Source of the DNA: Macrostomum hystrix
Taxonomy: Eukaryota > Animalia > Platyhelminthes
Direction: 5' to 3'
Assembly: GCA_950097015.1 (NCBI GenBank)
Contig: CATNEN010000038.1
Coordinates: 16,492,001-16,556,000, forward strand
DNA length: 64,000 nucleotides
Part shown: one piece after another, positions 61,901 through 64,000 of the stretch
Numbering within the stretch: position 1 is the first letter of the stretch
How the letters are laid out: each line of letters begins with the position of its first letter
Made by a program: the position numbers and the translations under genes
The notes under the pieces: generated by a model
What the model saw: the letters and a program-made list of their open reading frames with translations, nothing else
Told to the model about the DNA's origin: nothing
Databases searched by the model: none

Positions 61901-63165
61901 TAACTACTTATCTTATCAGCAGTCATATTCACCTGTCCAACTTGCCAATCACGTGTCCAATTAGCAGACAAATTGACCAATTAGCCCAGGGGGCAGCAAA
62001 CGAATAAGCTAGCGGTCCGTAGAGAGAACCTAAAAGACGACAGCGGGCCGCATTGACTGTAGAAATGTAAGTCACGGGAGAGATAAGATAGGGTAGAGAT
62101 GAGACAAGGTAGAGATGCGACATAGGAAAGGATACTTTAAGTGTCGGAAGGGGCAACGGACCGGGTTTGGGAGCTTCGAGCGCCGCATATGGCCCGCGGA
62201 TCGGAGTTTGCTGACCCGTGAACTAGCCAATCAACTCTCAAATTAGCGAACCAACTGACCAATTAGCCAATAACATGTTTAACTAGCCAATCAGATTTCC
62301 AGTGAGCCAAACGACTGTCCAATTAGCTACTTCCAATTGCCAATTTCCTGTCGAATTAGCAACCATAATCACCTGACTCATTTGCACCATCGTTCTCTTG
62401 AACCTGCAGCCGCTGCCGCTAGCCGACCAGGAGGCCGCCTTCGCCGAGCTGGAGAATCGGCCACGTCAGGGTGGTCACAGGCCGCCGGGCAGCGCTAAGC
62501 CGGTGCACAATTCCGTGTTTAAGAGAACTCCGGCAATTCTCGGCACAGCGGGTGCCAGCTTCTCTGGCAGGCAAGTGCGCATGGGAGTCATTGGGCAACA
62601 CGTGGAGGTGGAACCGCCGCAGCAGCCACAGCAGCAGCAGCTTGCTATTGAGCAGCCGCCGCAGGTAATCCATTACAACCATTGCTTCAATTCATCTGAC
62701 ATCTGACCCAACTGGTTAAGGCTTAGTTGTTATTACATTCCATTTATTCTAAAACAGGTTCGCTTGAGCTTCGACGAATGGTCGCAACGCAAATCGGAGC
62801 AGCTAGCCGCCGAGCAGCGTCGACAGCGCGAAGCCGAGCAACAGCGTCGCGAAGCCGCCGCCGCCGCCGATCCGCAGATGTCGGCCCTTGTGCCGCAACT
62901 GGCTCGCCGACGAATTCGCACGGCCACCGAGTTGAAACAGCGCCGTACAGACACCGGCCTGGGTCTGTCCCGGCCTCGCACCGCTGTGCCAGCTTTGGCT
63001 CCGTCACAGTCGACTGCTTCAGCCGGGCGTCGTCATTCAGCGCGAGCTCGGACCAGCTCGTTGGAGCGCCGGGAGGCGGGCATCACTAGCCAGCTGGCGA
63101 ATCCGTTTGTAGCTCCTGCTGAGGACGCCATGCTCGATAGGATTCTAGGCGGTGGAAACAGCTAA
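58956..63165 (+). CDS. Coiled-coil protein with an acidic N-terminus, CCDC181/CCDC34/MAP9-like; exons 58956-60353, 61459-61851, 62410-62664, 62758-63165
   Basis: Four exons join in frame (phase 0). Repeated W-x-x-x-K motifs within charged helices (VRAWLRDK, AFQYWSKKK, SFDEWSQRK) as recalled for microtubule-binding CCDC181/CCDC34; exact orthology uncertain. Confidence 0.7.
60420..61320. repeat. 30-bp intronic minisatellite (CCTTACTCAAATCGGTCATTGTCCTTT core)
   Basis: About 30 units of 27-30 bp; explains the periodic ORFs at 60465-61413. Confidence 0.92.
61987..62220 (+). mobile_element. hAT MITE, copy 3 (intron 2 of the coiled-coil gene)
   Basis: Termini CAGGGGGCAGCAAAC / GTTTGCTGACCCGTG; internal homology to 24728-25189; TSD AATTAGCC/AACTAGCC. 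Confidence 0.88.
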
Positions 63166-63876
63166 AGCTGCTTAAAGCTGCTTTGGAAACAGCTGCTTAA
63201 ATACTTTACATTTTTCCTTAATTTTACTTTCCAAAATCCGATTGCACTACTTAGAATATAGAGTTTCTTTGGCGCTATTATTTTGTCTATTGAATCTTTT
63301 TATAATAACTTAAGAATTTATGATTATGTCCTCGAACACTCTTGAACTGATTTTATTGTTCTTCTGTGATTTATTATCCGTCCAATCACCCGAATTAAAA
63401 AGCCTTTTTATTTTTTGTGTATACATATTTTATAATTGTTTTGATATCGTTTTCTGTGATATAAAATGTACTGTATGCTCTCATGGATGCACCGCTGCTG
63501 TGACATTGACCCTTAAGTGACAAATGTATCACAGGCTCGCAAGCTATGCTTGGATTGAAATTGTTGTTTTACTTTTTAATATCGGCCTTATCATCCGTAT
63601 CTATCTGGTATATGCGGTTATTGGCCTGTCTTATGTGAATAAATATAAGAAAAGTTTAAAGGGTAAAGTGAAATTTCCAAATAATTATCCAAGACATTTT
63701 TGTCTTCCATTCCCTCATTTCTCACTTTTCATGTCTTTGAGTCGGATATGTATGTTATTTGAGCGATGCAAACAACAAATTTAGCTTATGGGTATTTTGC
63801 TTTTCCTCTAAATTACAAGCAGTTACTTTACGTGAACTCCTGATCTAATAAACTCGATTTCGAATGTCGCACTCTC

Positions 63877-64000
63877 CAGTGGCGTATCTAGAGGGGATAC
63901 GGGGATATATCCCCCCCATTTCGCCGACCGAAGAGTGTCACCAACCCACGAAAAGTCGAAGACGAACGTTATGGCGGAATGTCATAGTCGTAATGTCGTT
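63877..64000 (+). mobile_element. Possible left end of a hAT-like element, truncated by the window edge
   Basis: CAGTGGCGTATCTAG terminus followed by a G-run/C-run palindrome; partner TIR not visible. Confidence 0.4.

Overview
Intron-containing animal genomic DNA, not a prokaryotic locus. Short GT-AG introns, Gln/Ala/Ser-rich proteins and a different minisatellite in most long introns are compatible with a free-living flatworm such as Macrostomum, but that is an unverified inference. I reconstructed ten spliced genes by hand: CEP295/Ana1-like (-), TMEM38/TRIC (+), an SLC22 transporter (-), PGM1 (+), an unknown 621-aa protein (+), ISY1 (+), a TEX43/SPMIP10-like gene missing from the ORF track (-), a LEV-9/Hasp-like WAP + 8 CCP protein (-), L3MBTL/l(3)mbt (+) and a CCDC181/CCDC34-like coiled-coil protein (+). 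Family calls come from recalled motifs, not database searches. Non-coding DNA holds several non-autonomous DNA transposons with visible TIRs and TSDs, a Tc1/mariner transposase relic, a tRNA-derived SINE family, a dispersed repeat with a conserved hairpin, and about 17 tandem arrays. Best leads: TAGGCCTA clusters in gene 5' regions, the hairpin repeat family, a hAT MITE carrying an expandable minisatellite, an array of decoy splice acceptors in PGM1, and the hidden TEX43-like gene with an upstream X-box. I found no clearly new multi-gene system.
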